NCBI GenBank assembly: GCA_949127735.1
Contig: CASBPX010000109.1
Span: 19,627-83,626, forward strand
DNA length: 64,000 bases
Source: Candidatus Obscuribacterales bacterium
Lineage (GTDB): Bacteria; Cyanobacteriota; Vampirovibrionia; Obscuribacterales; Obscuribacteraceae
Direction: 5' to 3'
In this document: positions 62,248-64,000 of the stretch, one piece after another
Position numbering within the stretch: position 1 is the stretch's first letter
Layout of the letters: each line of letters starts with the position of its first letter
Notes under the pieces: generated by a model
The model's input: only the letters and a program-made list of their open reading frames with translations
The model's database searches: none
What the model was told of the DNA's origin: nothing
Program-made: the position numbers and the translations under genes

Positions 62248-64000
62248 ATGGATCAATCTATGTCCGTACCTGATTTGACCCAATTGCAATGTGCCGATGA
62301 AAAAATCCATATTCCTGGCGCCATTCAGCCTCATGGCGTCCTTATCGCTGTTAATGAGCTAACTTTTTTGATTGTTCAAGCCAGCCAATCGACATCCACC
62401 ATATTCGGTATCGCACCCCAAGATTTGATTGGCCAGCCGGTGGAATCACTGATCGGAAGTGAGCAGCAAGCAGAGCTAGCGCTGCAGCTTTCGGCTGACA
62501 AAATTCTCGCTAATCCTTTGCTTCTTGCCGTTCGCGGCAAAACTGGTGAAATTGAGTTTGAGGCAGTGGTTCACCGCTCAGGTGGGCTTCTGATTCTTGA
62601 ATTTGAAGGGGCTACGAGTCTTAAGCCAGAACAATCACTGGATTTTTTTCGTGCTAGTAACCAGGCAATCTCGCAGTTACTGGCGTGTACCAGTCGACAA
62701 CAGCTGCTCGAGTCGGTTGCACAGTTTGTGCGCGCATTGACCGGTTTTGACCGCACTATGCTCTATTTGTTTGACTCAGAATGGAATGGAACAGTATTGG
62801 CCGAGAGCAAAGCACCTGAGGCTAAGAGTTATCTCGGGTTGAAGTTTCCCTCAAGTGACATTCCGGCTCAAGCACGGGAGCTTTACAAGCGAAATCGTTT
62901 GCGCTTGCTGGTAAGTGTAGATGCTATACCAGCACCTATTTATCCTTCGGATAATCCGCTTACTTCAGCACCCATCGACTTGAGCGAATCGATTTTGAGG
63001 GCGATGTCTCCTGTGCACATTGAGTATTTGAAAAACATGGGAGTGGCTGCATCGATGTCACTGTCGTTAATCGGCAATGGCGAGTTGCGAGGTCTGATCG
63101 CGTGCCATCACACCAGCGCAAAGCATGTGGATTATCGCGTCAGACAAGTTTGCGACTTTCTTTGTCAATTGGCCTCTCTACAAATCGCAGCTTTAGAGGA
63201 ACGCGAGACGTTTCAGAGATTAGCAGAGCTGAAAGACGCTCGCAAAGAGTTGCTTTTGCATATTTCTGGCCAAGACGACTTACCTTTGTCAGTTGCTGGC
63301 TCCGGCCGGCTGTTGCAAATAGTTGGGGCCAGGGGGGCTGCGGTGGTTTGGAACGAGCGGTGTTTTCTTGTCGGGAAGACACCAGATCAGCGTCAGATCG
63401 CCGAGCTTGTTACCGAACTGTCCGATATTAGTCTCCCTGTATTCGTCAGTGATTCGACAGCAAAACACTTACCTTCTGCTCTACCTATCGCCAGTTCTGC
63501 CAGCGGCTTGCTGGCGATCCGCTTAGCGACCAGCGGTTCAAAGTGGTTGTTATGGTTTCGTCCTGAACAACTGGAGGAAGTGAGTTGGGCCGGCAAACAC
63601 GAGAAAATGGATCTCGGCGACGCTGGGATGCGGATACGTCCGCGCAAGTCTTTTGAGCTTTGGAAGGAGAAAGTGACTGGCAAGTCTGTCCCATGGTTGA
63701 GTTGCGAAGTCCAAAGTGCTCTTGAATTGCGAACAGATATTTTGGACTTTACACTTTCGGTATTGGAGAAAAGGCGAGCTGCCGATCTAGAAAGACAAGT
63801 CAAAGAATTGGATCTACTTTCACAGGAACTGCTAATGGCGCGCGATGTGGCTCGGCAAGCCTCGCAGCAAAAATCAGAAATGGTGTCAGTGGTGAGTCAT
63901 GACTTGCGTGCGCCGTTAACTTCCATTAGAGGGTCACTTTCCCTTCTAGACAGCGGTGTCTGTGATGCGTCTGAAGGTGCCGAGCTTTTAACGATAGCCT
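62248..64000 (+). CDS. bphP: Bacteriophytochrome histidine kinase (PAS2-GAF-PHY-HisKA), 3'-partial
   Basis: Translated by hand; not in the supplied ORF track because it is open to the window end. GAGGGA RBS and ATG at 62248. LQCADEKIHIPGAIQPHG (biliverdin Cys), FPSSDIPAQARELY, SPVHIEYLKNMGV, LWFRPE, then H-box SHDLRAPL. Confidence 0.9.
   Translation, partial: MDQSMSVPDLTQLQCADEKIHIPGAIQPHGVLIAVNELTFLIVQASQSTSTIFGIAPQDLIGQPVESLIGSEQQAELALQLSADKILANPLLLAVRGKTGEIEFEAVVHRSGGLLILEFEGATSLKPEQSLDFFRASNQAISQLLACTSRQQLLESVAQFVRALTGFDRTMLYLFDSEWNGTVLAESKAPEAKSYLGLKFPSSDIPAQARELYKRNRLRLLVSVDAIPAPIYPSDNPLTSAPIDLSESILRAMSPVHIEYLKNMGVAASMSLSLIGNGELRGLIACHHTSAKHVDYRVRQVCDFLCQLASLQIAALEERETFQRLAELKDARKELLLHISGQDDLPLSVAGSGRLLQIVGARGAAVVWNERCFLVGKTPDQRQIAELVTELSDISLPVFVSDSTAKHLPSALPIASSASGLLAIRLATSGSKWLLWFRPEQLEEVSWAGKHEKMDLGDAGMRIRPRKSFELWKEKVTGKSVPWLSCEVQSALELRTDILDFTLSVLEKRRAADLERQVKELDLLSQELLMARDVARQASQQKSEMVSVVSHDLRAPLTSIRGSLSLLDSGVCDASEGAELLTIA

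Noticed and set aside
62571-63803. Minus-strand ORFs 62571-62756, 63140-63382, 63393-63803 and 63485-63694
   Set aside because: They lie antisense inside the hand-translated bacteriophytochrome, whose motifs are unambiguous.
1-64000. Search for tRNA, rRNA and tmRNA genes, transposases, integrases, phage genes and CRISPR-cas
   Set aside because: I saw no T-loop/acceptor-like GGTTCGA(A/T)TCC contexts, no rRNA-like stretches, and no DDE, tyrosine- or serine-recombinase motifs in any ORF. A by-eye scan is not exhaustive for small RNAs.

Overview
Dense bacterial chromosomal segment of about 60 protein genes on both strands, roughly 48-50% GC by eye. I found no rRNA, tRNA, CRISPR array, transposase or integrase. 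I cannot assign a taxon from the sequence alone.

Housekeeping genes I recognise: topB, tex, glnS, rsgA, hemQ/chdC, osmC, a CPA1 Na+/H+ antiporter, a ROK sugar kinase, HAD, LLM and alpha/beta hydrolases.

These are interleaved with an unusually rich set of signalling genes:
- four Hanks-type Ser/Thr kinases, three of them paralogues carrying C-terminal LRR ectodomains
- an FHA protein
- a Cys-based phosphatase next to a DAG-kinase-like lipid kinase
- a four-EF-hand protein
- a lipoprotein serpin
- a CHASE3 histidine kinase with an OmpR-type regulator
- a lone receiver domain
- a bacteriophytochrome that runs off the 3' end and is missing from the supplied ORF track

Also present are two type II toxin-antitoxin pairs (higBA, hipBA), a three-gene Hsp20 operon and a composite non-coding tandem repeat.

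Between 34.6 and 52.7 kb, four genes are disrupted by point lesions, and together they use all three stop codons:
- an A6-run frameshift in the EF-hand gene
- an in-frame TAA in the third LRR-kinase
- a TAG plus a frameshift in a PD40 propeller gene
- a TGA, a frameshift and internal deletions in a bestrophin-like gene

The most interesting candidates are the LRR receptor-kinase paralogue cluster, the FHA/kinase/AKT-repeat protein neighbourhood, the U-rich palindromic leader of the Hsp20 operon and the CGGAC-based tandem repeat upstream of hipBA. All functional calls rest on motif recognition by eye. No database search was run.
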